Positions 20,337 to 31,474 of a DNA stretch of 64,000 bases are shown piece after piece. Made by a program: the position numbers and the translations under genes. Position 1 is the stretch's first letter. Each line of letters starts with the position of its first letter. Origin of the DNA: Candidatus Eiseniibacteriota bacterium (GTDB lineage Bacteria; Eisenbacteria; RBG-16-71-46); assembly GCA_963725865.1 (NCBI GenBank), contig CAVSAC010000012.1, positions 224,001 to 288,000 on the forward strand. Direction: 5' to 3'. The notes beneath the pieces were generated by a model. That model ran no database searches. It was not told the origin of the DNA and worked only from the letters and a program-made list of their open reading frames with translations.

Positions 20337-20418
20337 TCGTCGTGACGCCCCGGTGGGTGCGGGCCGCGAGCCGCTCGAGGTGCCGCTCGGGCAACCGAGG
20401 CGGGGCCGCGGCGGCGAC

Positions 20419-20916
20419 TCAGCGGGAGTCCACCCGCATCATCCGGATCCCGACGGCGATCATCGCGCACGAAATCGCGAGCGGCACCCAGACCGGCTGC
20501 ACCCAGAGCGGGTGCGGAGGGATGAGGAACAGCAGGTCGCGCGTGGCGAGACTGGTGGGCCAGCCCACCAGCACGCGCAGCGACACGTAGTAGGCGATGT
20601 CCCAGACTCCGAACACCACCAGGAACGCCCCGACGCGCGCGCGCAGCGAGCGTGCCGCGAGCAAGCCGACCGCCGCGAGCATCACGAGCGTGGCCGCCTC
20701 GCGGCCCTGCTCGGTCGGCACCAGCCACGGCAGCGAGCGCAGCGCGCGCAGCATCTCCGCGGGCTCCGGGGTGGCGTTGCCGCGCGGCATGCCGAGCAGC
20801 GCGCGGATGTAGACCACGACCACCGCCTCGAGCCAGCCCATCGCGGCGGCGAACACCACCACCGCGGCGAGCCGCGAGCGCGGGCGCGCGGCGGCCGCGC
20901 GCGGGCGGACCCTCAT
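20419..20916 (-). CDS. Conserved-looking hypothetical membrane protein
   Basis: The real gene is the C-terminal third of the 495-aa ORF. Its ATG overlaps the polX TGA (TGATG). Contains AMGWLEAVVVVYIR, EQGREAAT, FGVWDIAYY and DLLFLIP motifs. Confidence 0.75.
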   Translation of the reverse strand: MRVRPRAAAARPRSRLAAVVVFAAAMGWLEAVVVVYIRALLGMPRGNATPEPAEMLRALRSLPWLVPTEQGREAATLVMLAAVGLLAARSLRARVGAFLVVFGVWDIAYYVSLRVLVGWPTSLATRDLLFLIPPHPLWVQPVWVPLAISCAMIAVGIRMMRVDSR

Positions 20917-22832
20917 CAGGCGCCCCGCCGGGGCTTCGCCGCGCCGCGCTTCGAGGGCGCCGGTCGCGCGGCGGAGCCCCGCCGCCGCGCGCTGGCCCCC
21001 GCGGTGGGCGCGGGCTTCGCGGGCGCGGGCTTCTGCACGGTGCGGGGCTTCGCGCCTGCCGGCGCCCTCGCCGCGGCCTGCGCCGGGCGCGCGCCACCGC
21101 GGGCGCCACCGCGGGCGGCGAGCGCCGCGGTGAACCGCTCGAACGGCAGCGTATTGAGCACGTCGTCCTTGGTGAGCCCCGCGCGGCGTCCCTGAAACAC
21201 GCCAAAGCGGAGGTTCTCGAGCTGCCGGGTGGCGTGCGCATCGGTGTCGATCACGAACCGGACGCCTTTCTCGCGCGCCAGCCGCGCGTGGACGTCGTTC
21301 AGGTCGAGCCGATCGGGCGACGCGTTGATCTCCATCGCGACTCCGCGCGCGGCCGCGCGCTCGAACACCCGCTCGACGTCGAACGGCGAGCCCGCCCGGG
21401 TGCCGATCAAGCGCCCGGTCGGGTGCGCCATCGCGGACACGCGCGGATGGTCGAGCGCCTTCAGGACGCGCGCCGTCGCGACGTCGGCCGGCTGGTCGAG
21501 GCGGGAGTGGAGCGAGACGATCACCCAGTCGAGCAGCGCGAGCCCCTCGTCGTCCAGGTCGAGCGCCCCGTCGGCGAGGATGTCCACCTCCAGCCCGTGC
21601 AGCACGTGGATGCCGGGCACCGCTTGGCGCACCGCCGCGATCTCGGTGACCGACTTCCGCACGCGGGCGGTGTTGAAGCCCTGCGCCATCGCGAGGGACT
21701 GCGAGTGCTCGGTGATCGCGCAGTAGGCGTAACCGCGGGCCTTCGCGGCGCGCACCATGGCCTCCAGCGTGTCGCGCCCGTCGCTGCGGTCGCTGTGCAT
21801 GTGCAGGTCGGCCACCAGGTCGCGCTCCTCGAGCAGCCGCGGCAGGCGGCCCTCGCGCGCCAGCGCGATCTCGCCCCGCGCCTCGCGCAGCTCGGGCGGG
21901 ACCCACGCCAGGCCGAGCGCGCGGTAGACCTGCTCCTCGGTGCGCGCGGCGACGACGGTGCCGTCCTTCTCCTTCGCGAGGCCGTACTCGTTCAGCGTCA
22001 GCCCCTGCGCGATCGCCAGCTTGCGCAGCTCGATGTTGTGTTCCTTGCTGCCCGTGAAGTAGAGCAGCGCGGCGCCGAAAGCCTCCACCGGCACCAGCCG
22101 CAGGTCGACCTGCAGCCCGTTGCGCAGGCGCACGCTCGACTTGGTGTCACCGCGGCCGAGCACGTCCACCACGTCCTCGTGGCCGACGAACGCGTCCATG
22201 ACGTCGTCCGCGCGCCCGCCGCACACCAGCACGTCGAGGTCGCCCACCGTCTCCTTGCGTCGCCGGAACGAGCCCGCCAGCTCGACCTGGGTCACGCCGC
22301 GCACCTTCGACACGCGCTCGGCGAGCGCGTGGGCCGCGCTCCAGGCGCCGGCGAGCAGCAGGCGGCCGGCGCTGTGGCTCGCCACCTCGAGCGCCTTGAT
22401 GACGTTCTGCTCGACCTTCTCGCCGAAGCCGGGCAGATCGCGCAGCTTGCCGTCCTTCGCGGCCTGCGCGAGCGCCGCGCGGTCGCGGATGCCGAGCGTC
22501 TCGAACAGCGTCTTCACGCGCTTGGGACCGAGGCCCTGCAGCTCCGTGAAGCCCACGACCTCGAGCGGGATCCGCTTCGCCATCTCGGCGTACAGCTCGG
22601 TCGAGCCGGTGCGCGCGAGGTCGCGGATCTTCCCGGCGAGGTCCTTGCCGATGCCCGGCAGCGCCTCCAGCGCCCCTTCGGTCTCGGCCAGGCTCGCCAT
22701 CGGCTCGGCCTGCGACTCCACCACGCGCGCGCCCTCGCGGTAGGCGCGCACGCGGAACGGATTCGCGCCGTCGATCTCGAGCATGGTGGCGAGGGTGGCG
22801 AGCATCTGGGCGATGTCGGCGTTGGTGCGCAC
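20916..22832 (-). CDS. polX: DNA polymerase X / PHP 3'-5' exonuclease
   Basis: NPFRVRAYR, HhH motifs, GSFRRRKETVGDLD, VDLR, YFTGSKEHN; PHP motifs DLHMHSDRSDG and DTDAH. Confidence 0.95.
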   Translation of the reverse strand: MRTNADIAQMLATLATMLEIDGANPFRVRAYREGARVVESQAEPMASLAETEGALEALPGIGKDLAGKIRDLARTGSTELYAEMAKRIPLEVVGFTELQGLGPKRVKTLFETLGIRDRAALAQAAKDGKLRDLPGFGEKVEQNVIKALEVASHSAGRLLLAGAWSAAHALAERVSKVRGVTQVELAGSFRRRKETVGDLDVLVCGGRADDVMDAFVGHEDVVDVLGRGDTKSSVRLRNGLQVDLRLVPVEAFGAALLYFTGSKEHNIELRKLAIAQGLTLNEYGLAKEKDGTVVAARTEEQVYRALGLAWVPPELREARGEIALAREGRLPRLLEERDLVADLHMHSDRSDGRDTLEAMVRAAKARGYAYCAITEHSQSLAMAQGFNTARVRKSVTEIAAVRQAVPGIHVLHGLEVDILADGALDLDDEGLALLDWVIVSLHSRLDQPADVATARVLKALDHPRVSAMAHPTGRLIGTRAGSPFDVERVFERAAARGVAMEINASPDRLDLNDVHARLAREKGVRFVIDTDAHATRQLENLRFGVFQGRRAGLTKDDVLNTLPFERFTAALAARGGARGGARPAQAAARAPAGAKPRTVQKPAPAKPAPTAGASARRRGSAARPAPSKRGAAKPRRGA

Positions 22833-22914
22833 GATCAGGGCCCTCCGTCGGCCGGGTGGAACTTCGACGCGGCGCGCGGCACCGCGCTGGCGGTTCGGAC
22901 GTCGCGCATCGCGC

Positions 22915-25345
<2,431 letters not shown>

Positions 25346-25447
25346 GGCGCGCAGGTTAAGACCCGCGCGGCGGCCCGCGCAACCGGCGTCGGGTCCCCCG
25401 GGGCGGGCGGCTCCGCGCCCCGCGGGCGATTGCGCTAATCTCCCGGC

Positions 25448-26041
25448 ATGCATGCGCTCCACTGGGCGTGGCTGGCGATCATGGTGCTCGGGGTGCTGCC
25501 GTTCGTGGACGCGGCCCGCCTCACGGCCGGGCAGACCTACACCGTGCAGCGCGATCGCGACCGGCTGGCGATGTTCGGCGCCGAGGCCGGGGCGATCGCG
25601 CTCTGGGCGCTGCTGCGCTTCGGGCTCGGGCTCGACCGTGCCCTGCTGCCGCCCGGCCTCGCGCTCGCCGGCGCGCTCGCCGGCCTGGCGCTCACGGCCG
25701 GCGGCATGGGCCTGGCGGCCTGGGGGAAGCTGCGGCTCGGGCGCTGGTTCACCGGCACGTTCGGCGTCAAGGTGGGCCACGAGCTGGTGACCGACGGGCC
25801 CTACGCAGTCACCCGGCATCCGATCTACACCGGGGTGCTGCTGGCAATCGCCGGCGGCGCGCTGGTCTGGGACAGCCTCCTCACGCTGGCCCTCGATGTG
25901 GTAATCCTCGTCCCACTCTGGCGACACACCGTGATCGAAGAGCGATTGTTCGTCGATCATTTCGGTGACGCCTACCGGCGCTATCAACGGCGCGTGCCGC
26001 GGCTCGTGCCCTTCGTCGTCCGTCCACAGGAGAACGCATGA
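25448..26041 (+). CDS. Isoprenylcysteine carboxylmethyltransferase (ICMT/PEMT) family membrane protein
   Basis: HELVTDGPYAVTRHPIYTG and EERL..FGDAYRRYQRRVPR motifs. Confidence 0.88.
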   Translation: MHALHWAWLAIMVLGVLPFVDAARLTAGQTYTVQRDRDRLAMFGAEAGAIALWALLRFGLGLDRALLPPGLALAGALAGLALTAGGMGLAAWGKLRLGRWFTGTFGVKVGHELVTDGPYAVTRHPIYTGVLLAIAGGALVWDSLLTLALDVVILVPLWRHTVIEERLFVDHFGDAYRRYQRRVPRLVPFVVRPQENA

Positions 26042-26487
26042 CCGAACCAAAGGCCACCGCGCTCCAAGCGAGCGCATTCGCGAGCGTCGCCCGGGCTGCA
26101 CTCGAGAAGCACGTTCCCGAGGCGACCAAGGGTTCGGCCGCGTGGGGCATCAAGACCAACCTGGTGTGGATCCGCTGGCACCGCGGCGACGGCGCCAACG
26201 TCTACCTCGGACTTCGCCGCCATCTCGGATGGGTGACCGGCGAGGCCGGCATCTCGGCCGAGCGGCAGGAGCTCGAGGCGCTGCCGCTGCGCACCGAGGG
26301 CGAGGACACGACCGCGTGCATCCGCGCGCGCGGCTACCGCGTGCGACTCGGCGAGATCCTGCACGAGGAGGACCGCTGGTGGCCGGCCGGCTCCACCACC
26401 GATGAGCTGCGCCAGCAGCTCGAGTGGATCGTGCTCCAGTTGCACGCGAAGGCCGACGGGTACCTGCTGAGGCACCCGCTGCCGTGA
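26038..26487 (+). CDS. Hypothetical protein
   Basis: ATGA overlap with the upstream gene, SD CAGGAG and globular composition. Confidence 0.7.
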   Translation: MTEPKATALQASAFASVARAALEKHVPEATKGSAAWGIKTNLVWIRWHRGDGANVYLGLRRHLGWVTGEAGISAERQELEALPLRTEGEDTTACIRARGYRVRLGEILHEEDRWWPAGSTTDELRQQLEWIVLQLHAKADGYLLRHPLP

Positions 26488-26600
26488 TTCTGCGGGCCCC
26501 CACGCTCTGAGCCGGAATCCTCTCGCAGCCTCGAGGCGAGCCCACGAGCCGGCCGTACGAGTAGCGCGGGCCGTGGCCGCGCTGCGCACCCGCCCGGCGG

Positions 26601-26882
26601 TCAGCCTCCGCTCACGGCGGGCACGATGCTGATCTCTGCCCCGTCCGGGACCGGGGTCGCGAGGCCACCCGTCCAGCGGATCGCCTCGCTCCCCACGAAC
26701 ACGTTGACGTGCGGGCGCACCTCGCCGCGTTCGGTGACGACGCGGTCGCGGACGCCGGGATGTTCCGTCCACAGCGCCTCGAGCGCGTCGCCCACCGTGG
26801 CGGGAGCGCGCGCCAGGGTGATGCGTGCGGCGCCCTGGGTGAAGGCCATCAGCGCGGCCGGCACCAGGAACGTCACGCTCAT
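26601..26882 (-). CDS. MoaD/ThiS family ubiquitin-like sulfur carrier
   Basis: MSVTFLVPAAL..RPHVNVFV..ISIVPAVSGG with a C-terminal Gly-Gly. SD GGAGG. Confidence 0.9.
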   Translation of the reverse strand: MSVTFLVPAALMAFTQGAARITLARAPATVGDALEALWTEHPGVRDRVVTERGEVRPHVNVFVGSEAIRWTGGLATPVPDGAEISIVPAVSGG

Positions 26883-26884
26883 GC

Positions 26885-28288
26885 CTACCTCCGTCGGGCT
26901 CGCTGCTTCGTGACCGCCGTGCGGCGCGCGCGCGTGGCGCGACCGCGCGTGGTCGGCTTCGGCGCGGCCTTGCGGCGGGCGCGTGCGGCCGGCTTCGCCG
27001 TGGAACGCGTCCGGGTGCGCGCGGCCTTCGCCTTGCCGCGGCCAGCGCTCGCGCGCCGCGTGGTGGCCTTTGCCCGCGGCGCCGCGGCTTTCGCGCCCGC
27101 GCGTCGCCGGGGTGCCGCAGCCTTCGCGCCCGCGCGCCTCGTGCGCGGCACCCGCGCCTTGGCCGGATCGCCGACCACCGCGGCCTTCACGCACAGGATC
27201 GGGGGCAGGCCCTCGCGCACCAGGTCCCAGTGGTGCCCGCCATCGGGCGAGGCGAACAGCTTGCCGCTGCGGGTGCCGAAGTACACGCCCGCCGGATTGA
27301 GCGCGTCGCAGTCCAGCCCATCGCGCAGCACCGTCTCGAGCGCGTCCTTCTGCGGCAGCCCGTCGGTGAGCGGCTCCCACGAGCGCCCGCCGTCGCGGGT
27401 GCGGAACACGCGCAGCCGGCCCTCGGGGGTGCAGCGAAAGCCGTCCGACTCCAGCGGCACGATGTACACGGTGTCCGGATCGTGCGGGTGCATCGCCATC
27501 GCGAACCCGAAGTCCGACGGCACGTCGTGCGCGATGTCCTGCCACGAGGCCCCGGCGTCGTCGGTGCGATACAGGCCCCAGTGATTCTGCAGGAACAGCC
27601 GCTCCGGCCGCGCCGGATGCGCGACCACCTTGTGCACGCACTGCCCGAACTCGGGATGCGGGTCGGGCAGGAACTGCGCGCGCACGCCCTTGTGCGCGGT
27701 GCGCCACGTGGCGCCGCCGTCCTCGGTGCGGTAGACGCCGCCGGTCGAGATCGCGACGTGCATGCGCCGCGCGTCGGTCGGATGCGGCACGATGGTGTGC
27801 AGGCACAGCCCGCCGAAGCCCGGTTGCCAGCGCGCGCGATGCGGGTGGTCCCACAGCCCCTTCACCAGCGACCACGAGGCGCCGGCGTCGCGGGACTCGA
27901 ACAGCGCCGCCGGCTCGACACCGACGTAGAGCACGTCGGGCTCGCTCGCGCGACCGGGCCGGATCTGCCACACGTGGTTCAGCGTCGCTCCGGTCTCGGA
28001 GGGGAAGCGGATCGGCCGCTGCTCGGGGTCGCTCCACGAGCGCCCGAAGTCGTCGCTCGCGCTCAGGCCGGGGCCCCAGTGGTACGAGAGCGTGCCGGCC
28101 CAGACGCGATGCCGCTTGGCGCGGCCGTCGTAGCCCATCGCGTAGATCGCCTGGCCCGGGAAGTAGGGGCCGCCGGCCTCCCAGCGGGAGCGGGCACCGT
28201 TGGAGCGCAGCAGGAACGCGCCCTTCGCGGTGCCGACCAGCAGCACGACGTCGCCTTCCTTCGCCGTGACGTGACGGACAGCGGGCAT
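26885..28288 (-). CDS. BNR/Asp-box (sialidase-like) beta-propeller protein with basic C-terminal tail
   Basis: Repeated S/T-x-D-x-G-x-S/T-W Asp boxes (SDDFGRSW, SRDAGASW, TEDGGATW, TRDGGRSW, SPDGGHHW). No signal peptide. Confidence 0.88.
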   Translation of the reverse strand: MPAVRHVTAKEGDVVLLVGTAKGAFLLRSNGARSRWEAGGPYFPGQAIYAMGYDGRAKRHRVWAGTLSYHWGPGLSASDDFGRSWSDPEQRPIRFPSETGATLNHVWQIRPGRASEPDVLYVGVEPAALFESRDAGASWSLVKGLWDHPHRARWQPGFGGLCLHTIVPHPTDARRMHVAISTGGVYRTEDGGATWRTAHKGVRAQFLPDPHPEFGQCVHKVVAHPARPERLFLQNHWGLYRTDDAGASWQDIAHDVPSDFGFAMAMHPHDPDTVYIVPLESDGFRCTPEGRLRVFRTRDGGRSWEPLTDGLPQKDALETVLRDGLDCDALNPAGVYFGTRSGKLFASPDGGHHWDLVREGLPPILCVKAAVVGDPAKARVPRTRRAGAKAAAPRRRAGAKAAAPRAKATTRRASAGRGKAKAARTRTRSTAKPAARARRKAAPKPTTRGRATRARRTAVTKQRARRR

Positions 28289-28391
28289 GGCAGTCCTCCT
28301 GTCGTGGGGAGTCGAGGGTGCCGGTAGGCTAGCACCGCGCGACCGGCGGCGAATAGAGCTCGCGGGACGGCGTGGCTCGCGGCCGCGCGCC

Positions 28392-29462
28392 TCAGCGCAC
28401 GGGGCCGGCGCGCGCGAGCGGCCAGTACCGCAGCGTCACGCGGCCGCGCAGCGAACTCGAGGCGACCGGGCCCCAGAAGCGACTGTCGTTCGAATTGTCG
28501 CGGTTGTCGCCGAGCACGAACACGCACCCCTCCGGCACGCGCAGCGGGCGGAGATTGTCGCGCGGACTGACCTCACCCGGCTGCACCTTCGGATCCCCGT
28601 GCACGGCGTAGGACTCCGCCAGCGCGCGGCCGTCGATGAATACCACCTTGTCCTGGATCTCGACGGTCTCGCCCGGCAGTGCGATCACGCGCCTCACGAA
28701 GCTCGCGGTGGGCGGCGACGGCCCGAGCATCACCACCACGTCCCCGCGCGCCGGCGGTCCGGACGGCCAGCGAGACGCGAACATGCGGTCGTCGAGCTTC
28801 AGTGTGGGACTCATGCTCTCCGAGGGGACGCGGTAGGCCCTCAGGGCGACCGCCTTCACCGCCATCGAGAGCACGCCCGCCAGCAGCGGCACGACCACCG
28901 CGAGCTGCGCGAGCCGGCGGATCGGTCCGGCGTTGACCTCGCGTCGGGACGGTGAGCCGCGGTAGGCGAGCACGGCGGGGACGATGCCGTAGGCGGCGTA
29001 CAGGAGGTTGCCGAGCAGCGCCGGCAGTCGCACGAGCACCGACGCGACGACGAGCGTGCCGAGCGCGAACGCGATCCCCGGGAGCCACTGGCCCTGCGCG
29101 AGGTGGCCGAGACCCGGCCACAGCCGCGACAGCAGCACCACCAGCCACGCGTCCGTACCCGCGGGGGCGAGTTCGTCCGCGAGCACGACGGGCCGCCCCC
29201 GGTCCATGAAGTACGCGTGCGCCAGGCCACCGAGCGCGATCGCGATCGCCCCCGCCGCGCAGGCGACGAACAACGCGAACGAAGGCGGCCACCACGCCGC
29301 GGCGACGAACGCAGCAGTCGCCAGCAGGACGTAGCCCGCGATCAGCACGCCGCCGGCGACGCGATGCCCGGCCCACAGCTGTCCCAGGCCGGGCCACGTG
29401 AACGAGAGATTCACGGCGTACCAGGGCGAACGAGGCCGCGTCCCCTCGGGTAGGCTCGACAT
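28392..29462 (-). CDS. lepB: Signal peptidase I-like protein with multi-TM N-terminus (catalytic Lys replaced by Arg)
   Basis: Box B PSESMSPTL, box C RGDVVV, box D FVRRVIALPGE, box E GDNRDNSNDSRFWG; two WPGLG(Q/H)L membrane repeats. Confidence 0.8.
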   Translation of the reverse strand: MSSLPEGTRPRSPWYAVNLSFTWPGLGQLWAGHRVAGGVLIAGYVLLATAAFVAAAWWPPSFALFVACAAGAIAIALGGLAHAYFMDRGRPVVLADELAPAGTDAWLVVLLSRLWPGLGHLAQGQWLPGIAFALGTLVVASVLVRLPALLGNLLYAAYGIVPAVLAYRGSPSRREVNAGPIRRLAQLAVVVPLLAGVLSMAVKAVALRAYRVPSESMSPTLKLDDRMFASRWPSGPPARGDVVVMLGPSPPTASFVRRVIALPGETVEIQDKVVFIDGRALAESYAVHGDPKVQPGEVSPRDNLRPLRVPEGCVFVLGDNRDNSNDSRFWGPVASSSLRGRVTLRYWPLARAGPVR

Positions 29463-29478
29463 GGATGGCCTCCGGATC

Positions 29479-30843
29479 CTAGGGACGGTCCCAGACCAGC
29501 GTCGCCACGCTGACGACCGAGCTGTCGGGCTCGGCGCTCTGCTCGTAGTGCAGCAGCCGCCCGGCGCCCGGCTCGGCGCACCGCAGCAGCGCGTACGTGG
29601 GCGCGAACCCGCAGATGCGCGTGACGTCCTGTTGCTCGGCGATCGCCGCGAACCACCCGTCGGCGTCGCCGCGCCGCGCGGCGTCGAGCGCCGCGCGATC
29701 CACCGCCTCGATCTCGGACTTCGCGCGCTCGTCGATCGCCGCGTCGCCGAAGCGCGGGCCCACGTGCGAGAGATCGACCGACGCCAGGTACAGGGTGTCG
29801 CCCGGCTGGGCCGCCACGGTGGCTCGCACCGCGTCGATCAGCGCCTCGAATCCGGCGTCCTCGCGCGGCGTCCTGCCGTCGTCGAGCAGCGCGTGGAATC
29901 CGCCGCACACGATCGGCACGATCGCGAACGGGCGGGTGCCGAGCACGTGCCGCAGGTAGACCGCCGCGAACTCGATCGAGTGCTCGTCGCGGTGGGCGAG
30001 CTCGCCGTGGTAGGCGGCCTCGCCGAGCCGCGCCGCCAGCGCGTCCACGAACGCGATGTCGCAGGCCACCGCTCCGAACGGGGTCTCGTAGCGCTTGCGC
30101 GTGAGCGCGTAGGCGTCGCCGAAGAGCTGGTGCCCGGTCCCGAACACCACCACGCGCAGCGGCGTGGTCGCCGCGCGCCCGATCTCCATCAGGCCGCGCG
30201 CCATCGCGGGGCCCGCCCGGCGCGGATCGAGGTGCGGGACCAGCACGGCGCGCGGCAGCGCGGCGGCGGCGGGTGCCGGCTCGCCCGCGGCGGTGCGTGC
30301 GGCCTCGGCCGCCGCCAGGTGCGCGTCGATCGCGCGCGCGCACTCCGCGGCGTCGGCGGGATACGCCTCGCCCTCGAACATCGACTGGCGCACCTCGAGC
30401 GCGTGGTACTCGTCGCGCACCGTCTGGTAGGCGGCCTCGTAGCGGGGCGAATCGAGCATCAGAAGTCGGTCGAGCTGGCCGATGAACTCCTTCACCATGC
30501 CGCCGACCCGCAGGTCCTTGCTCTCGCGCATCACCGCGGCGGTGAGATCGGTGAGCGACGTGCGGCCGTCCAGCAGTTGGAGCAGCCCGAGCGATTCGAA
30601 CGACAGCGCGGCGGGCGCCGGCATGACGCCCAGCGGATCGTTCACGACCAGCACCTCGCGCTCGCCTTCGCGCGCAACCGAGAGCATCAGCGGGCGCAGC
30701 CGCGGGAATTCCGGCAGCTCCTCCGCATCGTCCACGCGCGCGCCCGGCGGCAGCACGATGCGCGAGCCGGTGGTGGGCTCCGCGGCGCCGGGGATGATGA
30801 GCCGGCCGGGGCGCGGGGCGTCGTCGGGTGTCTCGATCGGCAT
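29479..30843 (-). CDS. amrB: AmmeMemoRadiSam system protein B (MEMO1 family) with N-terminal extension
   Basis: PHLD, GTGH, YETPFG, HRDEHSIEF, SVDLSHVG and ICG motifs. Start re-picked at MPIETPDD. Confidence 0.85.
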   Translation of the reverse strand: MPIETPDDAPRPGRLIIPGAAEPTTGSRIVLPPGARVDDAEELPEFPRLRPLMLSVAREGEREVLVVNDPLGVMPAPAALSFESLGLLQLLDGRTSLTDLTAAVMRESKDLRVGGMVKEFIGQLDRLLMLDSPRYEAAYQTVRDEYHALEVRQSMFEGEAYPADAAECARAIDAHLAAAEAARTAAGEPAPAAAALPRAVLVPHLDPRRAGPAMARGLMEIGRAATTPLRVVVFGTGHQLFGDAYALTRKRYETPFGAVACDIAFVDALAARLGEAAYHGELAHRDEHSIEFAAVYLRHVLGTRPFAIVPIVCGGFHALLDDGRTPREDAGFEALIDAVRATVAAQPGDTLYLASVDLSHVGPRFGDAAIDERAKSEIEAVDRAALDAARRGDADGWFAAIAEQQDVTRICGFAPTYALLRCAEPGAGRLLHYEQSAEPDSSVVSVATLVWDRP

Positions 30844-30982
30844 GGGGTCCTCGAGGGTTCGCACGTCGCGATTCGGCGCAGGGCGCGCACGGCGCGTCGC
30901 GCGCCGCGCGAGCCTACCCCGAGCCGCCTCCGGTGGAAAGTGCGTGCATCGCACGGGTGCATGCGCGAAGATGCGCGCTCCC

Positions 30983-31474
30983 ATGACCACCGCAGCCATC
31001 GGCAAGATCCTCGATGCGTACCTCGGCGAGCTGGAAGGCCAGCTCGGGTTCTGGCGTGGGCTCCGCGACGAGGTGCCGGTCTACGTGTTCAGCGACGAGT
31101 CCCACGACCGGATGCGCGTGATGTCACCGGTGGGCGAGCTCAAGGAGCTCGAGCCGGCGGTGATGCAGGTGCTGTTGCAGGCGAACTACGACCGCGCGCT
31201 CGACGCGCGCTACGCCCTGCGCGGCATGGAGGTGTGGTCGGTGGCGGTGCACCCGCTCGCCACCCTGGCGCCCGACGACTTCGCCAGCCTGATCGAGCAG
31301 GTGGTGCGGCTGGTGAAGAACACCGGGTCCAGCTACGCGTCGACCGACCTGGTGTTCATGGCCCAGAACGGCGACGAGAGCGTGGACGGGGAATCCGACG
31401 ACGAAAACGGCGACGGTGAGGGTGACGACGCGGACGACGCGCCGCCGGAGCCGGGAGAGGGCGAACGGTCGTGA
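30983..31474 (+). CDS. Hypothetical protein, CesT/YbjN-like chaperone fold, acidic tail
   Basis: From MTTAAIGKILD: DRMRVMSPV..LLQANYDRALDARYA. Ends in a D/E-rich tail. Confidence 0.6.
   Translation: MTTAAIGKILDAYLGELEGQLGFWRGLRDEVPVYVFSDESHDRMRVMSPVGELKELEPAVMQVLLQANYDRALDARYALRGMEVWSVAVHPLATLAPDDFASLIEQVVRLVKNTGSSYASTDLVFMAQNGDESVDGESDDENGDGEGDDADDAPPEPGEGERS

Noticed and set aside
16234..20394. 1386-aa minus-strand ORF, and many other long Arg/Ala/Pro-rich ORFs (e.g. 54013..56691, 43522..45966, 22783..25050)
   Set aside because: These are antisense or off-frame shadows of clear genes, expected at this GC content, and show no domain motifs.
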